Positions 1 to 8,525 of a DNA stretch of 13,138 nucleotides are shown here, piece after piece. A model generated the notes under the pieces. It was not told the DNA's origin. It saw only the letters and a program-made list of their open reading frames with translations, and searched no databases. Every line of letters begins with the position of its first letter. Position 1 is the first letter of the stretch. The DNA is taken from contig JAVZLH010000021.1 in NCBI GenBank assembly GCA_038883855.1, forward strand, positions 1 through 13,138. The letters run 5' to 3'. The stretch is from Candidatus Bathyarchaeia archaeon (GTDB lineage Archaea; Thermoproteota; Bathyarchaeia; Bathyarchaeales; Bathycorpusculaceae). A program made the translations under genes and the position numbers.

Positions 1-84
1 ATAGACAGAGCAGAATTTGTAAACGAAATTGTAGATGTTAAGCATCCGAAGGAAACGGTTACAACAAAAGGAATACAATATTAA
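1..84 (+). CDS. cobO: 3' end of cob(I)yrinic acid a,c-diamide adenosyltransferase (CobO/BtuR/CobA family), partial
   Basis: Not in the ORF track. Frame 1 reads IDRAEFVNEIVDVKHPKETVTTKGIQY* (TAA 82-84), matching the family C-terminal pattern 'ie.Ad.VtE...vKHp......kGie[YF]'. Confidence 0.7.
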   Translation: MDRAEFVNEIVDVKHPKETVTTKGIQY

Positions 85-89
85 TTAAC

Positions 90-117
90 TTAAAAGGAAA
101 CCTCAAAATGTTTGAGG
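90..117 (+). promoter_or_regulatory. TATA-like box followed by a perfect 7-bp inverted repeat (candidate promoter plus operator)
   Basis: TTAAAA at 90-95; CCTCAAA-atg-TTTGAGG at 101-117; purine-rich RBS-like GAGGGAAAGGGGGA just before the TTG start at 128. Confidence 0.4.
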
Positions 118-127
118 GAAAGGGGGA

Positions 128-1003
128 TTGGCTGAACAACAAAGGGCGCAAAAAATAGAGGAACTAAAACAAAAACTTTCAGGTTTAAGAGAACGAGCGA
201 ACAAGTTAAAAACTGAACTGAACGAACTTGCAGAAAAAAGAGACAAACTTAACAAGCAGTTTCAGAGTCTACGCTTAGAAATAGCTCAGCTCAAAAAGGA
301 GAGGGATAAATTCAATGAAACAGTGAAAAGGCTGAAACAGCGGCGAAATGAAGCGAGAGCCAAAGCTCAAGAAAAACGTGAAGAATTAAAAAAGTTAGGC
401 CAAGAAATCAAAGTTTTAAGCGAGAAAAAGCCTTCAAAAAGCCTTCAAGTTCTAAAAAAGGAACTTGAAGAAATTGAATGGAAAATTCAAACAACACCCT
501 TGGATCTAAAGGAGGAAAAGAAACTTGTGGAACACGCTGGAAAACTAGAAGCTAAACTGAACATTTACAGAAGGCTCGACCAGTTAAAACAGAAAAGTCT
601 TGAGCTCCAAACTGAAATAAAAACCCTTGAGGCTGAAGGCGATCTCTGCCACAAAAAATTAGAAGAAAACGCGCGAAAAAGTCAAGAAATCCACGAGAAG
701 ATGCTGGAAAAAATCAATGAATCAAAGAAAATGAAAAGCGAGGCTGACACCTTGCACAGTCTCCTTCTACAATCAAGGGAAAGGATTAAACCAGTTCAAG
801 AAGAAATCATGAAAATTTTAAATGAAATGGCGCAGTTGAAAAAGGAAATCATAGAGGAAGAAGAAAAGAAAAGAAGGACAAGCGAAGAAGCCCTCAGAGA
901 AAAACTTGAAAAAGAGACAAGGGAAAAACTGAAGCGAGGCGAGAAACTAAGCTGGGAGGAGTTTCAACTTCTAGCGCATAAAGATGATGAAACGCAAGAT
1001 TAA
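128..1003 (+). CDS. Archaeal coiled-coil protein (COG1340-like)
   Basis: 291 aa, E/K/L-rich heptads throughout. Family-like motifs 'IEWKIQTTPLDLKEEKKLV' and C-terminal 'KLKRGEKLSWEEFQLL'. TTG start with RBS. Confidence 0.8.
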   Translation: MAEQQRAQKIEELKQKLSGLRERANKLKTELNELAEKRDKLNKQFQSLRLEIAQLKKERDKFNETVKRLKQRRNEARAKAQEKREELKKLGQEIKVLSEKKPSKSLQVLKKELEEIEWKIQTTPLDLKEEKKLVEHAGKLEAKLNIYRRLDQLKQKSLELQTEIKTLEAEGDLCHKKLEENARKSQEIHEKMLEKINESKKMKSEADTLHSLLLQSRERIKPVQEEIMKILNEMAQLKKEIIEEEEKKRRTSEEALREKLEKETREKLKRGEKLSWEEFQLLAHKDDETQD

Positions 1004-1026
1004 AATGAAAACTGCATAGATAACTA

Positions 1027-2229
1027 TTGGAGAACAGAGAAAAAATGGCAGTAAAGGAAACGGAGGAAAAAAGGCAAAAAAGAATTCTTATTTTATGCGT
1101 TGACAGAGATGGGGATTTGGGAGCAAAAGCTGAAATTAAAACTCCCCTAATCGGAAGAAAAGAAAATCTTCAAGCTGCCGTGGAACTCGCTTTGCGCGAC
1201 CCAGAAGAGCCAGATGCAAACGCCATGTTCGAAGCCATACGCCTCTATGACCGCCTAAAAGGCGAAAACAAACAAGACGAAATCTTTGAAGTGGCGACAA
1301 TTTCAGGCTCAGAACTCGGCGGAGTTGGAGCAGACAGAAAATTAGTCATGGAATTAAACGAGTTACTAAGCTCATTCCCGGCGAACGAAGTAATTTTGGT
1401 TACAGATGGCTACTCGGACGAGGTGGTTCTCCCGCTCATAGAGTCTAGAATTCCAGTCTCATCCATTAGGAGGATCGTTGTTAAACACAGCGAATCAATA
1501 GAGGAAACCGCCGCATTATTTGGAAAATATCTAAAAATGATTGTGGAGGATCCACGCTATTCCCGTATCACCCTAGGATTGCCAGGACTGCTGCTCGTAA
1601 TACTGGGGGTGCTCGCAATTTTCAATCTGGCGCATTATTACCTTTTGGCGCTTCCCATTTTTTTCGGGGCTTTCATGCTCTTTAAAGGCTTTGGAGTTGA
1701 CAAAGCTCTAAGAGCTTTTTACCAATGGATCAAGGAATACTCCCCTCCACCGCTTCAGATACAAATTTCAAACTTCTCTTTAGGTGTTGGCGCATTATGC
1801 ATAGCTGTTGGCGTTTATTTAGGTTTGGTGAGAATTCCCCTGCAACCAGACCTTGCAACATGGGTTAGCAACTTCCCATTAATCATGGGTTATCTTATTC
1901 AAGGCTCTGTTGACTTAATAATAGTAGGAGTTTGCGTTGTCCTATTGGGAAGGGCTATACGCTGGTACATGGAACGTGACGCCAAATTGCTACGCAACAT
2001 AGCCTTAATAGTGTTAATCGGTTGGTCCAGACAGATACTTTACGCCACCTCAGACCTTCTAATAAACCCGGCAGATCCAGCCCGGGGAACAGAAAAACTT
2101 GTTTTTTCAATAGCTGTTGGCATCCTGATAGGCGTGGCAGCCATTCTAGCAATATTTGTCATCCACAGATCAGCAAAGGAGTTCTTTAAGGAGACTGAAG
2201 AAAAAGTTGAGGAGCTTAAAGGAAGTTAA
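1027..2229 (+). CDS. DUF373 family membrane protein (COG2237-like)
   Basis: N-terminal 'LILCVDRDGDLG.K', 'DPEEPDANAMF', 'VTDGYSDE', 'RIVVKHSESIE', then about 6 hydrophobic segments. The start may be ATG 1045. Confidence 0.85.
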   Translation: MENREKMAVKETEEKRQKRILILCVDRDGDLGAKAEIKTPLIGRKENLQAAVELALRDPEEPDANAMFEAIRLYDRLKGENKQDEIFEVATISGSELGGVGADRKLVMELNELLSSFPANEVILVTDGYSDEVVLPLIESRIPVSSIRRIVVKHSESIEETAALFGKYLKMIVEDPRYSRITLGLPGLLLVILGVLAIFNLAHYYLLALPIFFGAFMLFKGFGVDKALRAFYQWIKEYSPPPLQIQISNFSLGVGALCIAVGVYLGLVRIPLQPDLATWVSNFPLIMGYLIQGSVDLIIVGVCVVLLGRAIRWYMERDAKLLRNIALIVLIGWSRQILYATSDLLINPADPARGTEKLVFSIAVGILIGVAAILAIFVIHRSAKEFFKETEEKVEELKGS

Positions 2230-3004
2230 ATTTGCAGTTATTGGTGGAACAGGCTTTGAAAAATTGTTTAAAGACATCAAAGAAACTCGGGTTAGAACAC
2301 CCTACGACGCCACACCACTTGTATACATTGGAGAAGTATATGATAAGAAAGTGGTGTTTCTCCCTAGACATGGTCCAAAGCATCTTACTCCCCCACATAA
2401 GATAAATTATAGAGCAAACATTTACGCACTATATAAGTTGGGTGTTGAGCGAATTTTGGCCGTGAACGCTGTTGGTGCCATAAACCGCAATTTCAAACCA
2501 GGCGACATAGTTGTACCCCATGATTTCGTGGACTTTACAAAGCTTCGCTATACAACATTTTATGATGAAGCTCCCGTGACACATATTGACGTTTCCATTC
2601 CTTACTGCCCAGAAATCCGTAAACTGATGATCGAAACTACAAACAGCATGGGCATACGCATGTGGGATAGGGCGGTTCTCGTTTGCACAGAGGGGCCGCG
2701 TTTTGAAACCCCAGCTGAGATCGAAATGTTCAGGCGTTTAGGCTGCGACATTGTTGGGATGACTGGTATTCCAGAGGCTGTTCTGGCAAGGGAACTTGAG
2801 ATGTGTTACGCAACATTATGTTTTGTTTCCAATATGGCTGCGGGTATGCAGGAACGGTTGACGCCTTCGGAGGTTGTGGAAGTTTCAAAGCAGATTATGC
2901 CGAAAATGGAGCAAATCTTAATTGAAACCATTAGGGCTTTACCTCTTGAACGTGGAAAAAACTGTCCATGTGCAACGGCGCTTAAAGACGCGAGGTTAAA
3001 GTAG
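2207..3004 (+). CDS. mtnP: MTAP/PNP-family nucleoside phosphorylase, 6-oxopurine type (methylthioinosine/inosine-guanosine phosphorylase)
   Basis: AVIGGTG, FLPRHG..H..PPH.INYRANI, AVGAI, DFVDFT, EGPRFETPAEI, VGMTGIPEAVLARE, VSNMAAG. Likely start is the in-frame TTG at 2207 overlapping the DUF373 end, rather than 2156. Confidence 0.9.
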   Translation: MRSLKEVKFAVIGGTGFEKLFKDIKETRVRTPYDATPLVYIGEVYDKKVVFLPRHGPKHLTPPHKINYRANIYALYKLGVERILAVNAVGAINRNFKPGDIVVPHDFVDFTKLRYTTFYDEAPVTHIDVSIPYCPEIRKLMIETTNSMGIRMWDRAVLVCTEGPRFETPAEIEMFRRLGCDIVGMTGIPEAVLARELEMCYATLCFVSNMAAGMQERLTPSEVVEVSKQIMPKMEQILIETIRALPLERGKNCPCATALKDARLK

Positions 3005-3786
3005 TGCTCAAAAAGTTCCTCTCCATAATTGGAGCATACAAAATATACGAAAAGTGGCTCTGGCATCAGGTCAAAAACGGCGAAAAAATTGAACATATCG
3101 CAATAATCCTAGACGGAAACAGAAGATGGGCCACCGAAAAAGATCTTCACCCATGGCTTGGCCACGAAGCCGGTGCCGAAAAAGTTGAGCAATTGCTTGA
3201 TTGGTGTCAAAAGCTTGATGTCAAGTCGATAACGCTTTACGCGTTTTCAACAGAAAACTTTCGCCGCCCAAAGAATGAGGTTGAAGAGATCATGCGCATC
3301 GCAGAAGAGGAGTTCAGGAAAATTCTGGTTGATGAGCGCATTCATAAGAATAAAGTGCGGGTTAAAGTTATAGGAAGAGTAAAGCTTCTTCCAGAAAATT
3401 TGCAACAGCTTATAGCGGAAGTGGAAAAGGCAACGCAAAACTATGATGGGCGATACTTAAACATCGCTTTCGCCTATGGAGGAAGAGCGGAGATTGTGGA
3501 TGCTGCTAGAAAAATTGCCAAAAAAGTGAAAAATGGGGAGATAAAGCCTGAAGATGTTGATGAGCAATTGTTTGAACAATTTCTTTACACTTCCCACATG
3601 CCGAAACAAGACCCGGACCTCATAATCAGAACTTCCGGGGAAGAAAGGCTGAGCGGTTTTCTGCTTTGGCAGTCTGCCTACAGCGAGTTCTGCTTCCTTG
3701 ACGTCTACTGGCCTGATTTCCGATTAATAGACTTGTTGAGGGCTGTTAGGATTTTTCAAAAGCGTAAGAGAAGGTTTGGCACTTAA
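3004..3786 (+). CDS. uppS: cis-prenyltransferase (polyprenyl/undecaprenyl diphosphate synthase)
   Basis: HIAIILDGNRRWA, LYAFSTENFRRP, YGGRAEI, PDLIIRTSGEERLSGFLLWQSAYSE, RRFG C-terminus. The GTG start overlaps the upstream TAG (TAGTG), indicating translational coupling. Confidence 0.97.
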   Translation: MLKKFLSIIGAYKIYEKWLWHQVKNGEKIEHIAIILDGNRRWATEKDLHPWLGHEAGAEKVEQLLDWCQKLDVKSITLYAFSTENFRRPKNEVEEIMRIAEEEFRKILVDERIHKNKVRVKVIGRVKLLPENLQQLIAEVEKATQNYDGRYLNIAFAYGGRAEIVDAARKIAKKVKNGEIKPEDVDEQLFEQFLYTSHMPKQDPDLIIRTSGEERLSGFLLWQSAYSEFCFLDVYWPDFRLIDLLRAVRIFQKRKRRFGT

Positions 3787-3798
3787 GGTTTGGGCCGG

Positions 3799-5022
3799 TT
3801 AAGCCCGTTTTTTGGCGCTTACAATTGAGATTACGTCTCTATCTTTAAGAATGTAGTCTTCTCCAACTCTCTTCTTTTCTCTGGCTTCTATGGCGTAGAT
3901 GAAGTTTTCTCCCAACTCTGTGTGGATTATGTATGCGAGTTCGCGAGCCGTTGTTCCGTAGGGGACAAGGTAGACGTCTGGCAGCACTCGACCATTATGG
4001 TCTGTTAAATGCTCTATATCCTCCACAGGGTAAACGGTAATCATGTTTAGAAGCTTGAAGTAGGCTATGTTTACGGCTTCTTGAACGCCCGTGGAACCAT
4101 ACTTTAACAAAACTTTTTCCCTAATTAGTTCTAAGGCTCTTATTTGGCTTTCACTCAGTTTTTCAGCGTCTTTAATTTTGAAGTTGCAGTCTCCAGGCTT
4201 ATAGTCTATCAGTTGTTTTTCCGCTGCCCTTCTCAAAATTAGTTCTGCCTCCGCAGAACATGGAACAACTGGATAGCCCACTTTTTTTAGCCTTTCAAGA
4301 TTTTCTTCAGCTGTTGGTACATCTATCTTGTTCGCAGCTATCAGCATTGGCTTTGCAATTCGCCTCAGCGTATCCACAAATTTTAGGAAATCGTCTTCAC
4401 TCCATGCTGTAGGTTTTTCGGCATTCAACTCCGCTCTTCTCACGGCGTTAAAAATGTGGTGCCTTTTTATTGCCAAACCGCTTAGTTTTTCTTCCAACAT
4501 TGAAAATAGGTCTCTAGACTCAGACTCGGCGGTTCTGGCTATTTTTGGCCAGTCCCTTTTGAGTATGCTTGCCATCCACATGGTTATCTCATACTCTAGA
4601 AACTTCACATCTTCCAGAGGGTCGTGCTCGCCGGGTTTACAAAGGTTGCCTTCGCTGTCTGTTCCGCCGGAAGCGTCAATTATGTGGATTAGGGCGTCAG
4701 CCTTTCTAATTTCGTCCAAAAACTGGTTGCCTAAGCCTCTTCCTTGCCAAGCTCCGGGCACGAGACCAGCGCAGTCGATTAATTCTACGGGTATAAGTCT
4801 GATGCCATCTAGGCATAGGGAGTTAACTGGATTATCTTTAACATTGAATTCTTCGTGGACGCATGGTGTTCGCACGTAGCCCACGCCTCTATTCGGCTCT
4901 CTTGTTGTGAACGGGTAGTTTGCGATTTTAACTGGAACCATGGTTGCTGCGCTGAAAAACGTGGATTTTCCAGTGTTAGGTTTTCCAACTATCCCCAGCA
5001 GCCTCGAATAAGATTTCTGCAT
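3799..5022 (-). CDS. ychF: Obg-family translation-associated NTPase, archaeal YchF/Ygr210 type, with C-terminal TGS domain
   Basis: G1 GKPNTGKST, G2 YPFTT, G3 DCAGLV, GRGLGNQFL, G4 NKID; TGS-like 'GTTARELAYIIHTELG...LKDRDVI'. GAGGT RBS upstream. Confidence 0.93.
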   Translation of the reverse strand: MQKSYSRLLGIVGKPNTGKSTFFSAATMVPVKIANYPFTTREPNRGVGYVRTPCVHEEFNVKDNPVNSLCLDGIRLIPVELIDCAGLVPGAWQGRGLGNQFLDEIRKADALIHIIDASGGTDSEGNLCKPGEHDPLEDVKFLEYEITMWMASILKRDWPKIARTAESESRDLFSMLEEKLSGLAIKRHHIFNAVRRAELNAEKPTAWSEDDFLKFVDTLRRIAKPMLIAANKIDVPTAEENLERLKKVGYPVVPCSAEAELILRRAAEKQLIDYKPGDCNFKIKDAEKLSESQIRALELIREKVLLKYGSTGVQEAVNIAYFKLLNMITVYPVEDIEHLTDHNGRVLPDVYLVPYGTTARELAYIIHTELGENFIYAIEAREKKRVGEDYILKDRDVISIVSAKKRA

Positions 5023-5100
5023 CTAAAATACCTCTCGAAGCCCTTTTGACAGTTCCTTTTTCAACCATTCGCCTCGCACTATAATTTGTCGTGTTTTCTA

Positions 5101-6486
5101 TTATTGTTTATGCTGCTCGCCTTTCCGAGCCTTCCAGCGGACTCTATCGTGTTTCATAAAAAAGACAACGACTACCGTCATTATAAGTGTTAAAATGCTT
5201 AAAAAAATTGATAGCAGCTTGATAATTATCACCCAGCCTATATGCAGCGCTTTGTCGGCGTTTTGGGCGGCCTCGGTAGCATTTAATAGAGCCATTTGCA
5301 AACTTTCCTCTAACGATTCTATTGCGTTTTGCAGCAAAATCATGCTTTCTTTAAGACTTCTTTCCGCTTCGTTGACTTCTGAGGGAAAAATTGTTGAAGC
5401 CCCGAGAATCTTTCCTAAAAACACCACGTTTTTGGCTTTTACAATTTTTGCAACAATGTCCGCCGCATCTTCTACAAAACTATTGTCTAAACTTGTCTTT
5501 GGCAACGAGCTTATTGAAAACCACTGCTTTTCACTGACAAATTCTTCTTCAGGACCGCTGGTGTAGTTAAAGAAGAAGTTTGAGTAGGGTATGACGGTGG
5601 ACATGCTCCTTAAAGAACCGAAATGCAAATAATCAAGAGCGTTAAACAAGCGCCATGTTGCGTCTACGGGCACCCATCCATAATTTTCGATGTAGTATTC
5701 AGCCCACATGTGTCCATCCTCCACAACCGAATTTTCATAGTGGAAGGCGAAGCCAGCTTGGACTCTGGCTGGGATGCCGGCGGCTCTGCATAAGGCTACG
5801 AAGAGGTAGGAATATTCGGAGCAGTCGCCAACGCCGTTTCTTAAAGCCCAGAGCGCACCCATTTCTTCTTCTTGAGCCTTATACTTAAGATGCTCAACCA
5901 CGAAGTTGTAGATTTTGTAAACTTTTTCATGTGTGTCATTTTCATTGCCAACTATATTTTGAGCTGTTGAATTTATCTCTTGGCTGCTGGATTCTATCAG
6001 TGTTTCTGGTTGCGTATAATTCCAATAAAGGCTTGAACTTTTATTGTAGTCTTCCACCAGATTTGGGTTTATTTGATATCGAACTCCAAAAGAGGTCACG
6101 TTATAGCTTATTTCAACAGTGAAACTTTGCCCACCGTAAATTCTTAAATTGCCCCAGACAGCGTAAAGGTTTCCAAAATCATCAACCAAAAAATCAGGCA
6201 CCCAAGCCGAGGAAATATTTGAAACGAGTACTAAATGACGAGAAGTCTCGTTCCTAAGCAAGGGAATAAAAAGTCTTCCGCCAGTTATGGCTTTAGTTGC
6301 CAAATTGCTGATTTGAATCTTATGTTTGATGCTTCCAGCGAAAACCGCGGTCACCTCATACTTAAGGAGCGTGGAATTTTCATCCAACAAGCTTGTTTTG
6401 CTGGATAGAGAAAAAGCGAAAATCGCAAATAGAATAATCGTTAACAGCAGAAGGAAAATGACTGGTTTTTTCAAACTTTTAAGCAT
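5101..6486 (-). CDS. Membrane-anchored transglutaminase-like (Cys-His-Asp) domain protein
   Basis: GDCSEYS (Cys), LCRAAGIPAR, GHMWAEYY (His), GWVPVDAT (Asp). N-terminal signal/anchor and C-terminal TM helix with a basic tail; about 10 N-X-S/T sequons. Confidence 0.9.
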   Translation of the reverse strand: MLKSLKKPVIFLLLLTIILFAIFAFSLSSKTSLLDENSTLLKYEVTAVFAGSIKHKIQISNLATKAITGGRLFIPLLRNETSRHLVLVSNISSAWVPDFLVDDFGNLYAVWGNLRIYGGQSFTVEISYNVTSFGVRYQINPNLVEDYNKSSSLYWNYTQPETLIESSSQEINSTAQNIVGNENDTHEKVYKIYNFVVEHLKYKAQEEEMGALWALRNGVGDCSEYSYLFVALCRAAGIPARVQAGFAFHYENSVVEDGHMWAEYYIENYGWVPVDATWRLFNALDYLHFGSLRSMSTVIPYSNFFFNYTSGPEEEFVSEKQWFSISSLPKTSLDNSFVEDAADIVAKIVKAKNVVFLGKILGASTIFPSEVNEAERSLKESMILLQNAIESLEESLQMALLNATEAAQNADKALHIGWVIIIKLLSIFLSILTLIMTVVVVFFMKHDRVRWKARKGEQHKQ

Positions 6487-6554
6487 TTACCATCAGCAAT
6501 AAAAATGATAAAAGAATATAAAAGCGTCAAGGTGTATTAAAAGCATAAAATGCC
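6487..6554. promoter_or_regulatory. Divergent promoter region with a central TATA box
   Basis: 68-bp AT-rich gap. AAAGAATATAAAA (TATAAAA at 6517-6523) lies about 31 nt from both the minus-strand ATG (6486) and the plus-strand ATG (6555). Confidence 0.55.
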
Positions 6555-7535
6555 ATGGATGGAAAATATTTGGCGACAAACCTAACGAAAAATAGGCTTA
6601 GTGAAATGCTTCGGAAGATGCTTGAAATCCGCTTTTTCGAAGAAAAGGTCTTCGAACTTTACGCTCAAAACCTCGTTCCAGGAACAATCCATCTTTATGC
6701 TGGAGAAGAAGCGGTAGCCGTAGGAATCTGCAGCACCCTAAGAAAAGACGATTACATAACAAGCACCCATAGGGGACATGGACACTGCTTGGCAAAAGGC
6801 GCGGACCCGAAAAGAGTTATGGCTGAAATATTAGGCAAAAAGACTGGCTACTGCAAGGGCAAGGGAGGCTCAATGCACATAGCAGACTTCAGCATAGGAA
6901 TGCTTGGCGCAACAGCTGTGGTAGGCGCTGGGATACCCATAGCGGTAGGCGCAGGCCTCTCCATAAAACTTAGAGGAACAGACCAAGTCGTGGCATGTTT
7001 CTTCGGTGAAGGCGCATCTAACCAAGGAACTTTCCACGAAGGCATAAACTTGGCTGCCGTATGGAATTTGCCAGTAATCTTCGTCTGCGAAAACAACCTT
7101 TACGCCATGGGAACCCGCCAATCACTGGTCATGAAAATCGAGAATGTTGCAGATAGGGCGGTTGCTTACGGAATACCGGGCAAAGTTGTTGATGGAAACG
7201 ATGTTTATGCTGTTTACGAAGCTGCTAGCGAAGCGGTCGAAACGGCTAGAAAAGGTGGTGGTCCAACGCTTATTGAGTGTAAGACGTATAGGCATAGGGG
7301 GCATTCTAGGGTTGATCCAGCGCGTTACAGACCTAAAGAAGAGGTGGAAGCGTGGCTGGCTAAAGACCCTATAAAGCGCTTTAAAGAGAGACTTTTACAG
7401 ACAAAGGCACTTACCGAGGCTGAAATTGCAAATATTGAGAGGGAGGCCTCATCCAAAATTGAAGAGGCGGTGAAGTTCGCCATGGAAAGCCCGTTTCCAG
7501 CGCCTGAAGAAGCCTTAGAAGATGTTTACGTTTGA
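6555..7535 (+). CDS. TPP-dependent acetoin/2-oxoacid dehydrogenase E1 alpha subunit (AcoA/PdhA-like)
   Basis: PGTIHLYAGEEA, STHRGHGH, GKGGSMHIAD, TPP motif GEGASNQG...ENN, TYRHRGHS..DP..YR. Confidence 0.93.
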   Translation: MDGKYLATNLTKNRLSEMLRKMLEIRFFEEKVFELYAQNLVPGTIHLYAGEEAVAVGICSTLRKDDYITSTHRGHGHCLAKGADPKRVMAEILGKKTGYCKGKGGSMHIADFSIGMLGATAVVGAGIPIAVGAGLSIKLRGTDQVVACFFGEGASNQGTFHEGINLAAVWNLPVIFVCENNLYAMGTRQSLVMKIENVADRAVAYGIPGKVVDGNDVYAVYEAASEAVETARKGGGPTLIECKTYRHRGHSRVDPARYRPKEEVEAWLAKDPIKRFKERLLQTKALTEAEIANIEREASSKIEEAVKFAMESPFPAPEEALEDVYV

Positions 7536-7550
7536 GTGAGGGGGAGCGCC

Positions 7551-8525
7551 ATGCGAAAAATAACTTACAGGGAAGCGCTGTGGGAAGCCCTAAAAGAGGA
7601 GATGCGTAGAGACCCTTCAGTGTTTCTTCTAGGCGAAGACATTGGTAGGTATTGGGGAGGTGCCTTCAAGGTCACAGAGGGCCTGGCGGCGGAATTTGGA
7701 GACGAGAGAGTTCGGGATACACCTATTTCAGAGTCTGCTATAATCGGCGCTGCTATAGGCGCGGCTATTACGGGTATGCGTCCAGTAGCCGAAATCATGT
7801 TTGGAGATTTAACGGCTTTAGCTATGGACCAGATTGCGAATCAAGCGGCAAAAATACATTACATGTTTGGTGGTCAAGCGAAATGCCCGATGGTTATTCG
7901 AACTCCGTTTGGGGGTGGAGTGAATATTGCTTCACATCATTCACAGAGTCTTGAAGCTTGGTTTATGCATATTCCAGGCTTGTATGTGGCTGTTCCCTCA
8001 ACGCCATATGACGCTAAGGGCCTTTTGAAAGCGGCTATCCGCGGCGATAATCCCGTTGTGTTCTGCGAGCATAAGCTTCTTTATCCGCTGGAGGGTGAGG
8101 TTCCAGAAGAGGATTACACTGTCCCTTTTGGCGTTGCCGACGTAAAACGGGAGGGAGAAGACGTTACAATTGTTGCTACGCTTTACATGGTTCATAAGGC
8201 GCTTAAAGCGGCTGAAAAGCTTGAAGAAGAGGGCGTAAGCGTTGAGGTTATTGACCCGAGAACCTTGACACCTTTGGATAAACAGGCTATAATAAAATCT
8301 GTCAAGAAGACAGGTAGGCTAGTGGTTGTGAGCGAAGACTGCAAAACAGCGGGCGTAACTGCGGAAATTGCTGCTGTTGTGGCTGAAGAGGCGCTTGATT
8401 ATCTAGATGCTCCAATAAAGCGTGTAGCTGAACCAGACACGCCCATACCGTTCAGTCCTCCACTAGAAAATTATGTAATCCCAAACGAAAAGGCTATAAT
8501 GAAGGCAATAAGAGAAATTATCTAA
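7551..8525 (+). CDS. Acetoin/2-oxoacid dehydrogenase E1 beta subunit (AcoB/PdhB-like)
   Basis: LGEDIG, RVRDTPISE, RPVAEIMFGD, DQIANQAAK, HSQSLEAW, EVIDPRTL.PLD. ATG 7551 is preceded by a GAGGGGG RBS. Confidence 0.93.
   Translation: MRKITYREALWEALKEEMRRDPSVFLLGEDIGRYWGGAFKVTEGLAAEFGDERVRDTPISESAIIGAAIGAAITGMRPVAEIMFGDLTALAMDQIANQAAKIHYMFGGQAKCPMVIRTPFGGGVNIASHHSQSLEAWFMHIPGLYVAVPSTPYDAKGLLKAAIRGDNPVVFCEHKLLYPLEGEVPEEDYTVPFGVADVKREGEDVTIVATLYMVHKALKAAEKLEEEGVSVEVIDPRTLTPLDKQAIIKSVKKTGRLVVVSEDCKTAGVTAEIAAVVAEEALDYLDAPIKRVAEPDTPIPFSPPLENYVIPNEKAIMKAIREII

Noticed and set aside
2156-2206. N-terminal extension of the phosphorylase (MSSTDQQRSS...)
   Set aside because: It would overlap DUF373 by 74 nt; family members begin just before the 'IGGTG' strand, which fits TTG 2207.
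4976-5068. Short minus-strand ORF (MVEKGTVKRASRG...) overlapping the ychF start
   Set aside because: It is about 30 codons, out of frame with ychF, has no properly spaced RBS, and ychF has its own GAGGT RBS.
4328-6122. Plus-strand ORFs antisense to ychF and the transglutaminase gene (4328..4879, 4855..5049, 5195..5566, 5655..5888, 5931..6122)
   Set aside because: They are shadow ORFs of well-supported genes with no motifs or RBS.
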